Positions 1 to 28,440 are shown, counted from the stretch's first letter. The stretch: 64,000 nucleotides of DNA from Hormiphora californensis (GCA_020137815.1 CM035357.1:496001-560000); one strand, 5' to 3'. Made by a program: numbers and translations. The notes: generated by a model from the sequence alone, not told the origin.

Positions 1-1760
1 GGACGAGACGAGAGAGAGAGAGAGAGAGAAGAAGACGGAGGAGGGATATCTGAAGAGGAGAGAGAGAAGAGAGGAGAGCAGAGAGAGAGAGAGACAGGAG
101 AGAGAGGGCAGAGATTTGCATAATGATGCCATTCATGCGCAGGCAAACAACTGCACCGGAACACACAAGAGAGCAATGCATGAGCAAAAAGAGAGAGGAG
201 AGAAGAGAGAGAGAGAGTAGGAGAGAGAGAGGCATGTGAGCGAGAAAGAAGAAAACAAAAAAAGGTTTCAAGGAATTTTTAAAAAAAAAAAACCAAAAGA
301 AAAATGAATTAATTAAAGGGGCCTTAAAAAAAAAAGAAAGGGGGAAGAAAAAAAAAAACGGGTGGGCCCCAAAAAAAAAATTTTGGGGGAAAAAGGGGGG
401 AGGAAGGGGGAGAAGGGAAGAAAGGAAAAAAAAAAAGGAAAAAATAAAGGAGAAAAAAGGGAAGGGATTTTGGGGTTTTTTAAGGGAGAGGAGGAGAAAA
501 AATAAAAAAATTTTTCTTTTTTAAAATTTAAGAGTTTTTAAAAAAAAAAAGAGGGGGAGGGAGGAAGAAACAAAAAGAAAAAAAAGGAAAAAAAAGGATA
601 AAAAAGGGGGGGAAAAAAGAAAAGAAAAAGGAAAAAAGGGGAAGAAAAGGACTAAATGGAATAAAAAGGAAAAAAAGGAAAAAAGGAAATGGGAAAAAAA
701 AAGGAAAAAGAGAAGAAAAGGAAAAAGGATTAAAAGGAAAAAAAAAAAGAGAAAAAAAAGGGGAAAAAAAAAAAAAGGGGGGAAAAAAAAAAAGAGAGGG
801 GGGGTAAAAAAAAAAGAAAAAAAGATTTGAGAGAAAAAAAAATTTTTAAGTTTTCCCCCCCCAAAAAAAAATTTTTAAAAGTAAAAGGGCCTTTAAAAAA
901 AAACCCCACCCTTTCCCCCTCCCCCCTTTTTCCTTTTTCCCCTTTTTCCCCCCCAAAACTGGGGTCCCTTATTTTTTTTTCCCCTTACCCCCAAACACCA
1001 ATTTAAACCCCGAAAAAAATTAAAAGGGGGATTTTTGTTTTTGTAGGGTTTTTTTTTTAAAAAATTTTTTTTTTTTCTTTTTTTTTAAATTTTTTCTTTA
1101 AAAATTTTTGGGAAAAAAAAAATTAAACAAAAATTTTTTTTTTTTCTTTTTTTAAAAAATTTTTTTATTTAAAAAAATTTTTTTAAAAAATTTTTAAAAA
1201 AAAAACAAAAAAAAAAATTTTTTTATTTTGGATTTGGAAAAAAAGGGGGGGTGGGTTTTTTTTTAAAAAAAAAAATTTTTTAAACCCAAAAAAATAAATT
1301 TTTAAAAGTTGGGGAAAGAAAATTTTGGAGGGGGAAAAGGGGGAAAATTTTTAAAGGGGGGGGTTTTTTTAAAAAAAAGGGGGGGAAAAAGGGTTTTTTA
1401 AATTTGGGGGGAAAAAAAAAAAAAGAAAAGAGAGAAAACCCCGGGGGGGAAAAAAAAAAAATTTTTGGGGGAAAAAAGGGGGAAAAAAAAAAAAAAAGGG
1501 GGAGGAAAAACCCGAAAAAGGGGGTGGGGGGGGGGAAAAAATAAAGGGGGGGGAAAGAGGAGAAAAAAAAAAACCCCCCAAAAAAAAAAAAAAAAAAAAT
1601 TTTAAAAGGGAAAGGTGAAAAAAAAAAAAGGGAAAGGGGTCGGAGGGGAAAAAAAAGAGGAAAATTTAAAAAAAAAGAAAGGGGGAAAAAAAAAAAAATT
1701 TTTGGAAAAAAAAAAAGGGGGGGAAAAGGGGGGAAAAAAATTTTTTTTTAAAAAACTGAG
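1..1760. other. Low-complexity homopolymer-run sequence, probable assembly/consensus artefact
   Basis: Degenerate (GA)n at the start, then almost entirely runs of A/G/T/C; the ORFs here are F/P/K/G low-complexity only. Confidence 0.75.
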
Positions 1761-2275
1761 AGAGAGAGAGAGTGAGAAGAGGAGGAGGGGAGAGAGAGAG
1801 AGAGAGAGAGAGAGGAGATTGTACACATGTGTAGGACACGTGCAACTTCAATCTCCTCCAAGCACAACAGCCCCCCCCCCCCCTCCAGTCCCTCCCCTCT
1901 ATCAGCTCTCTCTAGCTGAACAATATTCAACACTGATCACGTAGGGATCACGTACATCACCACCACTCTAAATTGTCTAGAACCTTCCCGGTAAATAGGG
2001 TACACCATAAAGACTATCATACCCTCTCTCACCACCACTCATTCTCTCATACCCCCTCATGGCCTCATTCTCCCCCACCCCTTCCCGGTAAGAGAGCTGG
2101 TACGCCGTACCCAAAGCGCTTATGCGCTCAAAAATAGAATGTGTAACTATAATGAGGGCTCATGGGGTCACTAGATTCTAGAATGTGTATGAGGGCTCAT
2201 GGTCAATATGGCGCAATGAACACCATATAAATAGAGTAACAGCTAAGTGTAAAGGGAGAAAGGGGTAAAACTCAG

Positions 2276-2311
<36 letters not shown>

Positions 2312-3181
2312 AGTAAATAGATGGAGCCGGGATTTGGGAGAGAAAGGCATCCTTTATAATAAAGTTCTAATGGGGCCACCGCAAAGCATGCTGTCCTTTT
2401 ATCAAAATAATAAAAGGGTAAGGGGTTAGATAGTGATTAAAAGGCTTTTAATCACGTTAGAAGGCAACAGAACTGCAGGATGAAGGAACAGGAAGAAAGC
2501 AATAAAAAACAAAGTGGGTGACAGGCCTTGAAACGTGTTGATATATATGAAGGTGTTGGTAAGAAGCATGGCTGCAGTAGCTGCAGACAATAAAATACAG
2601 TGCTGACACGCTATTTTTGTGAAATATGTACCTTTTTGTGCAGGCAGCTGTTTCCGGTAGATTGTTCCAGAACGGGCCGTGACATCTTCCCGTATATTCC
2701 CCATTAATTGGACTGGAAAACAGGATTTCCGGAAACCCATTATATTGTACTATTGTACTACAATTTGTAGATGTTGCCATAAGCTACAAAAAGTGAATTT
2801 TACGATAAGGGGATCGGTGAATTGGGATTTGGACGACTAGAAGAGTGGGGGTGGAATTCATGGGGGGGGGGGCATGAAGCTCTTTTCTTTCAATGTGTAA
2901 CAATGTGGTACAAATATATTCTTTTTACACAATAAACTCTCCCTCTATACACAACCACAACCACTATAACTGTCAAATACTCAGCTCAGCTGTCTATTGT
3001 CCATATCCTTTCACTCCATCTGTTACACATCTAGCACAAGTCCATCTATCTCTAGCAGAAGCTCCCCTGCACTGGTCCTGATATTAGTTTGACCAGCAAA
3101 CACTCACATACAGAACCTCAGGAACTAACCAAGATTACTCGCTCAAACAACATAGTCCCTCACCTCCTCAGAACCACTCCA

Positions 3182-17274
<14,093 letters not shown>

Positions 17275-17483
17275 ATTGTGTAGCTAGTCTAGGAGAGTAG
17301 CGGGGGGAGTTAGTAAATTATGGGGGGAGTTAGTTAGGGGGGAGTTAGTAAATTATGGGTATAGTCTCTCAAAATGAAAATTATGCAATTTGTATATTGT
17401 ATTGTTTGGTTTGTTTAGTATATTCAACTAAGGTATATTTACAAATTATTTACAAAAACGGAAATATTATATATTTAAAAACT

Positions 17484-19994
17484 CTACGCCTCAGTCTGTT
17501 CTGCTCCATCCTCACCCGCTCCTTCCACCTCGATCTTCTTCTCCTCAAACTTCCACTCTGGTACCGCTGACTTTACCCCCTCGACCTGCTGGACCCTCCT
17601 GAGAACCCTATTGAAGGCATCCACACGACCCTTGAGTCCTCCAAACGAAACAAAACTCACACCTGTAACCATGGCAATGTCACCCAATATTGACACCCCA
17701 CTGTCACCCTCTAACACCCGTGCAGGTGATGGGGAGAGAGCCGTGGTGAGGGTGGTGGAAAGAGAGGTGAAATCTGTGGAGCGGCTTAACACCAGACACT
17801 TCTCTCCGACCTTTTCCCGGAGCTTCTCGTATCCCTCGGTATCCTGAGAAAGTACAGTAATTAAGTGGTAATCATTTCTTAATTGACAACATTTTGAATG
17901 ATAAATCATACTACAGTAAGTCATAAACTGCTCGCATAACTCTGCATAAAAGAGAGTCTGGGCGATTCAAATTATACCAAGCCTACCTCAGGGTGGAAAG
18001 GATCAATTAGGGCTATGAATCCATCGCTCTCCACCAGGGTCTCCAAATAATCACAAAGATCTTCTGACGCCTTTAGTTGCCCCTCTACCCAGTCATAGCG
18101 GTGTCGAGAAGTACTCTGTGTCTGACGGTCGTTAGAGGGAGGGCATAAACATCGGCGGGGGTGGGGTGGGGGAGGAGATGATCATCATGGGGGGGGGGGG
18201 TAGTTAGGGAGGGATTAACAGCCTCATAATGTCATGCACATGTTGCACAGCTTATCATGAGTTGTTGCATGTATAATTATTAATTCTATGAAATATATAT
18301 CTTCAATATCTTGATCTTCTTGAATCCAGGAGAGGTCCAGGATGACGTGTTTAGAGATCTAGATTGTATTGGATTGTGAGCGTTATAGCACCGGCAGCGT
18401 GGTGACACCCTCTAGATGTGTGCTTGTCGTTTTGCTTGTCAAGCAAAGAATTCTAAGCATTACATAAAGCTATTGTGTATTGATTCTCTCACTCCACATG
18501 ATGATACACGCAATCATACACACTTGCAGTGGCGAGAGGGGGGGGGGGCTGGAATTGAAGGAGGGGAGGGAAGTAGGAGGGAAAGAGAGAGAAGTAGGAG
18601 GGGAGGGGCGAGAGAAGTATAGCTGTTAGTCTCCATAAGGGCGCGGGGGCGGCAATTCCTTCAAAAACACACTGTTACAATTGTTACCATGAAATCAAGC
18701 AGCAGCGGCTCATGCAAGACTCACAGATTGTGTGTGAGATTATCAGTCACACTTACTTACCAGAGGATCGCCCGCAATGCTCACTTTTTTCTTGCGCTTT
18801 TTGTCCTAAACTCGATATAAGAGGAGTATTATGTGCAGGAAATACTGGTCCCTGATTGGCTGATAACCAGTCACGTGAACTAAATAACGAGTTCTGATTG
18901 GTTGTTTACTTACCTAAACTCGATATAAAGAGTATTATGTGTGGTGCATATTGAGAGATGAGTGTACTAGAAATTGTAAATATAAAACATTCATATCATG
19001 CATGGGATGATGCGTGGGGGTGGATGATACTAGAATAATTGGAATAAATTATACCTGGCCCTTTAAATGTTGGAATTGGCAGACTGGTTAAACAATCACC
19101 ACAATATTACCTGTCCCTAAACTGGTATGTAAATCATGATATTACCTGTCCCTTCTTAGCAGATCCCTGACCCGGTTGGACCTCAGTATGGAACTCAGGG
19201 GCACCCACATCCAGCACCAGAACAACCTCATCTACCAACTCCGCCTCTGCAATGGCCTCCTTCAACACCTCAACCGCTGCCTCTATCTTATCCACGGTGA
19301 GGGATATAGCACCATTTGGAGTGACTGCCGGGAGAGTGTGCTTCTTGTGAAGTGCCTCCTCCACTTTGTCGATAATAGTGTTAGCTGTGGCCAGGAATTG
19401 AGAGAACGGGGTGGATGATTTAGCTGGAGCGATGCCAATTCCTACCATGTTGTTTTTACCAGGGGCACTCTTGCCACCGCCAATAAGAGATACTAGTGGT
19501 ACCGGGCTGGTCAGGGCTCCAGATCCTTCTGTCATGGACTTTAGGATATCCAGTTGTGACTTTCCAGTGGCACGACATGCTGTTTTGAAGACAGCGAGGG
19601 AGACGGCAACTTTGAGACTATTACTGACTCCTTCCAACTCTGATAATCTCTTATCGACCTCTCCCTGATCGGTTATATTGACCCCATAAAGTGAGTCATT
19701 AACAGCCTTCAACTCATCTAAAGACGCCCCTACTGCCCCTACATCCCCCTCACACAGAGCACTGTGGTTGTTAATCTGGTACTTCACCTCTACTGCCACT
19801 GACCCTGCCCTCACCCCAGTGAACCCTGAGATGGAGTGGAGGGTGGGGTCACCAGCCAGGGAGCCCAGTTCGTCGCTCAGATACCCATACACGTTGCCCG
19901 GCTGGGTTGTGTAGAGTGAGTTTAGGATCTTTTGAAGGGTCGAGGGGATGTTGTGCTCCATTATGAACGCCACGGCTTTCTCTTTCTCTTCCAT
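17484..19994 (-). CDS. ENO4: Enolase 4-like (divergent enolase with N-terminal helical extension), 4 exons
   Basis: N-terminus AVAFIMEHNIPSTLQKILNSLYTTQPGNVYGYLS; enolase-fold motifs DQGEVDKRL, VAVSLAVFKTAC, PVPLVSLIGGGKSAPGK, FIALIDPFHPED, FGGLKGRVDAFNRVL. Exons ~19994-19147, 18805-18761, 18121-17987, 17844-17484. Confidence 0.85.
18836..18908. mobile_element. Fragment of a short dispersed repeat (second copy at 37408-37458)
   Basis: 35-bp exact match CAGGAAATACTGGTCCCTGATTGGCTGATAACCAG at 18836-18870 and 37424-37458. I recall it as a very abundant Pleurobrachia repeat, but have not verified this. Confidence 0.7.
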
Positions 19995-20696
19995 GATAGC
20001 TGATCTTTCTAGATAAGGAGAGGGAGTTGAGCGAGATTTGATCTTTCTAGAGAGGGAGAGACAGGGAGTTGAGGGAGAGGGAGTTGAGGAAGAGGGAGTT
20101 GAGGGAGAGTAGGAAAGAGGGGAGGCGAATAATAAACAGGGGTATTATAGTAGAAGCAACGGGAATGAGAGGAATCGGGGGCTTGGGGAGGGGTATCGGG
20201 GGCTTGGGGAGGGGTATCCTGGACTTGGGGAGGGGTATCCGGGGCTTGGGGAGGGGTATCGGGGGCACAAATAATCGAATGACAGTTAGTTACAACCAAA
20301 AGTAGAGTAGAGTGATATAGCACAAACACACACAGTATAGAAAAACTGTACATAATCTCACTCCTCATAATCACGTACTATTATACGTATCACGTACGTA
20401 CATCACGTACTACCTCAGGACGTGCTACAGACTCTGCAGACTACAGTGCAGATCATGCCTAAGGTTGGGTCTCTCTCTTTGAATGCTATGGTACAAGTAA
20501 AAAGTATATACACACATGGGTAAAAAAGAACGCAAGTTGTTAATCTCTTTCTCTCTTGAATATAATAATTTCACCTCTCAGATCTCTCCATATCCCACTA
20601 AGATCCCACTGAGATCCCAGTTAGATCTCTCCAATACGGACTGGCAACATACCAGCTGCTCATATCATAAGATCATAATAACCCTCTAAAATGTCT

Positions 20697-22508
20697 CTAC
20701 CGATTTCTAACTCTGCCACCCCGAAACTCCGTATAATAGTTCTTACTATCAGTTGTTTTCAACTTAGCATCCAGTCTCTCTAACGACTGGAGAATCCTCT
20801 GCTCTTCCATGGACAAACCACCCGGATTGTTCTGCTGTTGTTGGTGATGAGATGGTTCGTGGTCACTGTGCCTGGATAAGACAGGTTGTCCGGTAACCTG
20901 GATGGCCCGGGCGCCTCCCATTCTCACACCCCTGTAATCATAACTCCGTGGGTTAGCAGTTTGGGGTCTGTTTGATGGTGATGGAGTGTTAGTAGACCCC
21001 TCCCAAGCCTGGTTCCGGTGCAGCGTCGTCCTGACCTTGTTCCACAGTGCGTTAATCTCGGCATCAGTCGGGGTCCGATGAGGGTCGAATGTAGGGGCTT
21101 GTGGGGAGGTGTCCACCATGTGTTGGTATGATCCTGCGGCGCTGGGAGGTCGGGAGTGGGTGTACTGACATGTGAATACTGCCTCTCCCTCTGCCGAGAT
21201 ATCAAACTGATCTATCTCCATAGTGTGGTCATCTAGCGCACTAACACTATCCCACCGGACCTGTTTTCTCTTAGCACTGGGCGTCCGCTTTATCAGCGAC
21301 TTTATCGGCACTTTCTTCTCGCTTTCCGACTTGGAGTCCTCCGTCCACGCATGAGACGTCCTGGATGCCGCCACTTTGATCGCCTCAACATCGTTCTTGG
21401 CTATAATCTGACTCTCCTCTTCCCCGCTGTGCATTGTGTAGCTGCTTCCCTGGGCCGTTAGATCGGAGTTAGATGACCCTTCAAAGAACTGACGAGTTGT
21501 GATTGTTTCCTGTTGTTTTGTTGGAGCAGATGTCATGGGCGGTGGTTCTGCTTCGATGCTTTCACAATCTGAAACATCGAGCTGCTCAAACTTTGTGAGA
21601 TCAATCTGTACCCGGATTCTGTCCTCGTCTTTTGAGGTAGGTTCCGGCATCGTTTCCAAACTATCTCTAAGGTAATCATTGTATGACATTTCTCTCCGAT
21701 ACTCCTCTCTCGCGGGTGGGTCCTCTCGTTTAGGTACCTCTACGGGAGGTGCAGGAGCGGGGGGACGGGGAGCAGTCGTCGCCTCCGCCCTATAGGACTT
21801 GGGCTCCGTATAAGTTGTGAAATCTACCCTAGCTTTGGAGGACTCTCCCCCCTTGGAGGGGGAGGCAAAGTACTCTGTTCGAGTAGTAAGGGGATCCCCT
21901 GATCTGAGTGCAGTATCACTACCATGTCTGGTGCTGCTCGATGGAACTGTTTCACAACGGCTGTTTGTTTCTCTCGGTGGACTCCTGTAGATCATCTCCA
22001 ATCTTGCCTCCAGGGAGTTATCCGCTGCATGATACGCCTTGCCTGGTGGTTTAGGACTGTAATAGTTCTGTCTCGGTGGTTTAGCGCCTGATCCACCACT
22101 TCCAGCAAGACCCTGTCCTCGGATACTAGATAGCACTTCGTCCACTGTTGGCGACCTATACGGGGGACGACATGGTACAGCCGAGGCCACAGAGGAAGCA
22201 GAGGTGGTCCGACTAATTGGTGTTCGGTTCCTCTTGCTCAATTCTTTGCTTAAAGCAGCTTTGTAGGCGTTTGTTGCGTCTTGTTGACGGCGCCGACGAG
22301 AGTTCAATGCCTCCTCTCTTCTCTTTTGTTCGTTTCTCTCATGAATCCGTTGTCTTTCCTCAAACTGCCTCCTCCGTTTTTTGTTTTCAATACTCAATTT
22401 TTTAGACCGATCAGTTATGTTTTGTTTTGGTTGAAACTGATGTTGCTGCTGGTTGACAAAATCCTGGTACTTTTTCGAGTAACCATAGCCATAATTTAGC
22501 CGGATCAT
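20697..22508 (-). CDS. CEP126: Centrosomal protein CEP126 (KIAA1377)-like, intronless 603 aa
   Basis: N-terminal coiled coil RSKKLSIENKKRRRQFEERQR..EQKRREEAL..RR, internal RTPTDAEINALWNKVR and C-terminal LSMEEQRILQSLERLDAKLK match the conserved blocks I recall for CEP126. Confidence 0.7.
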   Translation of the reverse strand: MIRLNYGYGYSKKYQDFVNQQQHQFQPKQNITDRSKKLSIENKKRRRQFEERQRIHERNEQKRREEALNSRRRRQQDATNAYKAALSKELSKRNRTPISRTTSASSVASAVPCRPPYRSPTVDEVLSSIRGQGLAGSGGSGAKPPRQNYYSPKPPGKAYHAADNSLEARLEMIYRSPPRETNSRCETVPSSSTRHGSDTALRSGDPLTTRTEYFASPSKGGESSKARVDFTTYTEPKSYRAEATTAPRPPAPAPPVEVPKREDPPAREEYRREMSYNDYLRDSLETMPEPTSKDEDRIRVQIDLTKFEQLDVSDCESIEAEPPPMTSAPTKQQETITTRQFFEGSSNSDLTAQGSSYTMHSGEEESQIIAKNDVEAIKVAASRTSHAWTEDSKSESEKKVPIKSLIKRTPSAKRKQVRWDSVSALDDHTMEIDQFDISAEGEAVFTCQYTHSRPPSAAGSYQHMVDTSPQAPTFDPHRTPTDAEINALWNKVRTTLHRNQAWEGSTNTPSPSNRPQTANPRSYDYRGVRMGGARAIQVTGQPVLSRHSDHEPSHHQQQQNNPGGLSMEEQRILQSLERLDAKLKTTDSKNYYTEFRGGRVRNR

Positions 22509-22789
22509 TCCTCTATTTCATCACCGTTTTCTCAATATCGGATTATTGGCACTCTGGTCCAAGTAAAAGGTGCTAAACTACGCTAAAAACACTGAAAATA
22601 TACAGAGTTAGAACTTAGAAAGTGAAGACAAAAAGAACGAAACAAAAACGAAAAAAAAAACAAAAAAGTTTGGAAGTTCTGAATTTGAAGTGTTGCTGGC
22701 AGTGCAGCGCGGGATAAGGCAGCGCTTTTCAAACTTTTAAGCCGCGCCGCGCGTGGAGTAAAATTATTGAAATCGCGTGTTTTTTCTTC

Positions 22790-22935
22790 ATCCCAAACTT
22801 TTCGGAAAACGTTAAAATCTGGGTGCCTTTCATTGCTAACAATTCGTAGTTTTGGCGCGCGCGACGGGTCAGGGCTATCCGTTAGGGTCTGGTTAGGGTT
22901 TGGTTTGGGGTTACCGGTTAGGGCTATCGATTCTC
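22790..22935. mobile_element. Repeat fragment with degenerate TTAGGG tract; a homologous direct copy lies at ~24590-24730
   Basis: Shared CCCAAACTTTTC..CGTTAAAATC(..)TGGGTG..GTTAGGG blocks; TTTTGGCAGCGCGCACCTGTAAACAGG is also repeated at 24536 and ~24800. Confidence 0.55.
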
Positions 22936-24337
22936 TAACTGATACCGTTTAGTTTTGTGAAGTGGTGGTGGAGTCTGTGAAGTGGCGGTGGAGTCTGTGA
23001 AGTGGTGGTGAAGTATGTGAAGTGGTGGTGTAGCATGTGTTGTGGTGGTAGGGTCTTTGAAGTGGTGCCTCTTTTGGCTTTGAAGTGAGGTTTTGAGGTG
23101 ATCGGCTGAGTCTCGGTTTGGAGTTTTAGAATCATCGTGGGAAAGGCTGTGGGAAAGGCTGTGTTGTGGTGAAGTCTCGGATGGGAGGTCTTTCCTTTTA
23201 CGTCCTACATTCCTCTACTGTGCTACATTCCTATCATTACTACATTCCTATTTTGACTACATCCCCTATAACTACATCATCATCTGAAGTCCTTTCCTCC
23301 AACATATGAGTAGAGTAGGGGTCTGATATCATGTCAAGAGTGTCGAGTTTTTTGAGTATATTTTCTGGTTGTATTGTGACAGTGTGTGTTGAGTTTCTTT
23401 CCTTTCTGGCTAGAGTAGAGTCATAGGTTCTTTGAGCGAGCGAGTGAGCCAGCCTGAACAATGTTCAGTGAACATCACGGAGGGTATTACGTTCTCGAAG
23501 ACATCAAGACGATAAACATAGATGGACTTTATACGAGTGTGTTTGGAGAATAGACTCTAGAGTTTCTAAGTTGGGCAGCTCTTAATTTTTATCTTCTCTA
23601 TCCTAGTTACCTTAAAATTACTTTAAATTATAACCTAAATACTTACGTCTAGTACAGTTATCTATCTTACAGCTTATTTTAATTAGCTTATCGTTTTTAT
23701 CGTACATTAAATTTTAAACCCAACCGCATTAATTAACTTATTCTGACTGGCCATTGCACTGGCCTCCTGCCTTTTTATTTTTTACCGCTCCAATTAATTA
23801 ATTTATTAACAGCTTTGTATTTAACCTATCTGACTGACCTCTGGTCTCTTGCTTTTTATTTTTCTACCTCGTTATTCGTTAATTTATTACCAGCTTCTTT
23901 AGAATTTTCCATAGGCCATTTATTAGATCATAACCTTATATAGCAATTAATATGGTTAGTGTGTATTACCTTATCGGTTATCCTGTTACAGTTACTTTAT
24001 CCATTAACTAATTACTTAGCTATTCGCCTCCTTTTTAGATCACTAGCCTTTTACTTGAATTAACTATTAAACTATACTACTTACTTAGTATTTACACTAT
24101 GTACTTATTAATCAACAGTTAATTATCTAACTAGTTATTATCTAACTAGTTAATTATCAATTATCTAACTAGTTAATTTCTCAATTATCTAACTACTTAA
24201 TCACTCAACGAATTAATTACGCTATTTCTTAATTAGATATTTTATAACCCTTATTTTCTACTTACATTTATATATATTATATCGAATGACTGCCGACGAT
24301 TTTTTAAGGCCTTTAGGATCTTATAATCCTATAAGAG

Positions 24338-24470
24338 CCGCTTTAGAAGGCTTGTGGTGGTGGGTGCGTTGCTTCAATCGACTGATTGAAACGGCGTCCT
24401 CCTAGCACTAACAATGCATAGGCCCAAAAGCGGGATATAAATTATAATTGTATTTGTATTTGTATTTGTT
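24338..24470 (+). mobile_element. L2/CR1-type LINE or SINE 3' end
   Basis: Stem CCGCTTT(24338)...AAAGCGG(24427), then GATATAAA and a (TATTTG)n tail; the same architecture occurs at 58512-58638. Confidence 0.55.
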
Positions 24471-25499
24471 TACACAAATCGGCCATGTGGTTCCATGGCT
24501 ATAGCCGTTTGAAAAAAGTCGGTCTAAGTATACTCTTTTGGCAGCGCGCACCTGTAAACAGGTTGCAAGGCACCCAGATTATAATCGCGCCCAAACTTTT
24601 CAGCCAGCGTTAAAATCTTAAATCTGGGTGTTTTGGGAGTGCTGACAAACGGTTTTTTAGGGTTAGGGCTAAAGTAGGGTTAGGGTTAGAGTTGGGGTTT
24701 GGGTTGGGGTTAGGCCTTGACATTCCCTACCAGATAAACTTTGAATCAGCCAAAACGGTTGAGTGGTTTGGCGGTTAGAGCCATTTTAGTGAATCAACTT
24801 TTTTGGCAGCGCGCACCTGTAAACAGGCCTCCAAACACCCAGATCGTAACGGCGCCCAAACTTTTCACCCCCAAACTTTTCATCCCAAACTCGTGCGAAC
24901 AGGAGACGGGAAGGTGTCGGCAGGGTGGTGTTATAGTGGCTACAGGCTAGTTCACTCGCCTCTTACTGGGTCCGTGTTCGATCTTGGTCTAGAGCATGTG
25001 GTCCAGTTCACCAAGCTATGATTGGTAGGGCTCTCTTGAGTTTTGAGAGACCCGAAATTAAAGTAACAAGAGATTATACTCTGGATCAGCTGTATAGGGC
25101 TGATGGCACCGTCCGTGGTGGAAACATGTGGAGGGAGTGACCCTGTGGTGATCTCACGTGGTTCAGAATTTGGTCAGGCATAGACGACTCGAGATGTCAC
25201 AAAGTTACAAACAGACGTTTCGGCATAAAACAGCCCTCACTTTGAGATAAAGCTTTGTGTACCATACTAAATGTTTATGAATGTTTAGTTTGTGATATGA
25301 CTCGAGCGAGAGAAGAAGAATGATTATTTAGCTGTTTCGTTGTTTTTGATATCTTGAGTTAAGTAGATATTATTCTGGGGTCTGGTGTCCGTGTATGATC
25401 ACGACATCTTACATGTGAGATGATGATGATGATGAATTGATGATGTCGGGTGATGTTCTGACATCTAACATACATTAGTACATACATTAGTACATACAT

Positions 25500-26426
25500 G
25501 TAGTTTCGTCCCAGGAAAGGTCATCTGAGCAGACCAGTACACTGTCAGTACAGAACAGTTTCCTCCCCACTTCATACAAGTCTTTGATACCTCTTGGACT
25601 GCAGTTGGCAGGTGTCATACATCCATACCCGGCTGTAAATAGCTTGTTAGCACGGGTCTTTATGATAATGGTTAATCAACTTTGACCAAGTTACTTGGTA
25701 GTGATACAACACACTAATGCAAATGCTAAGCACATTTTATGATTTAATTCACCTCGGTAGGCGATGGAAGCAGTATCTGCATACACACTGTTGACATCTC
25801 CTACCTCCCAGAACATTATCTGACCGATTTTAAAGTTGGTCCAGCTGCTTCCAGACAACGGGTAATCAAGTAGAAGTTCACCATTACAGTGAAACCTCAA
25901 TCCTGTTGATGTTCTAGTTATCCTCCAAATTGTCCTGATGTTTGATCCTTGAGGTGGCTGAATTGGTAATGGAACGTTATCCAGCATTGGCGGCGCTATC
26001 CAATAGTTAGTAGAGGCTTCATTCAAGTAAAGCTTGAAGTGCCCAAGACTACTATTGAATGTCATTTTGTCAGTTTCATTGGCGGTATAAAATACAACTG
26101 CAATCCTTGTTGGATATATCGTGTCCTCTGGTGTTACTGTCAGAATCTCTAGAGGTGTGTGCTCCATATCAATTTCATAAAACTTATCTCCTGTCTGGAC
26201 CATCTTCCACGAGATATCTACTGCTGCTTCACACCCTGCAGTTATGGATGGGAAATGTAGAATTTTGTGGTGCAAAAGGAAATGAGTTGATTCGCCTGAC
26301 ACTGTCCGACTTCCGCACTCCGAAATAGAAATAAAGTATGAATAATTCAAGAAATTAACACTGACCCGAAAAAAGGAAGATCATCACCAAAACACTACAG
26401 AAACGAAGTCCTTTTAGAAGCACCAT
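25500..26426 (-). pseudogene. Secreted protein with a lineage-expanded ~150-aa domain followed by a disrupted sushi-like exon; gene or pseudogene
   Basis: Signal peptide MVLLKGLRFCSVLVMIFLFS|GCEA; domain W..V..IDMEHTPLEILT..VVFY..WRITRT..FHCNG..IMF..DTASIAYR. The next exon hits TGA after ETVLY, while VCSDDLSWDETTC continues in another frame. Confidence 0.55.
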
Positions 26427-26847
26427 TCTGAACAACATATATAGCAGGCAGTCGGCAAAATTAACTTAATTCTTAGCTGCACTGGTCCGTTATTATAGCA
26501 AGAAAGCTGTTTGCTTGGCTTGGTGCACAGGAACACAGCGATTAGGGCACGTGGATATTATAGCTGTCTGTTATAATGACTCTCTCTGATTCTCAACCCC
26601 TCTCCCTTTATTTTGTCTGACCTATTAAGGAACTCCCCCTCTATCACCAATAGATCAAAAACACTGACTCAGAATGTATCTCGTTGACTTCCTATTCAAA
26701 AATAGGTTTTCTCCCACTTCCCCCAACGTTTTCTCTCCCTCTGTGATCACCATCTATCCGCCCTGTATCACTATGTCCCCGTTAACCCTGTCAGGCCAAT
26801 GCTCTGACCACAGTTCTCCCTGTTAACCTCTCTGTTCCACTATAGTC

Positions 26848-28440
<1,593 letters not shown>

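Noticed and set aside
1369-1944. F/P/K/G-rich ORFs
   Set aside because: Translations of homopolymer noise in a low-quality stretch.
19176-19668. Antisense ORFs over ENO4 (and over CEP126, ORF1, IFI27-like)
   Set aside because: Shadow frames of real coding sequence, with no independent evidence.
24656-24715. TTAGGG tracts as telomere or fusion scar (also 22880-22925)
   Set aside because: Short, degenerate and embedded at the same position in two copies of a dispersed repeat.
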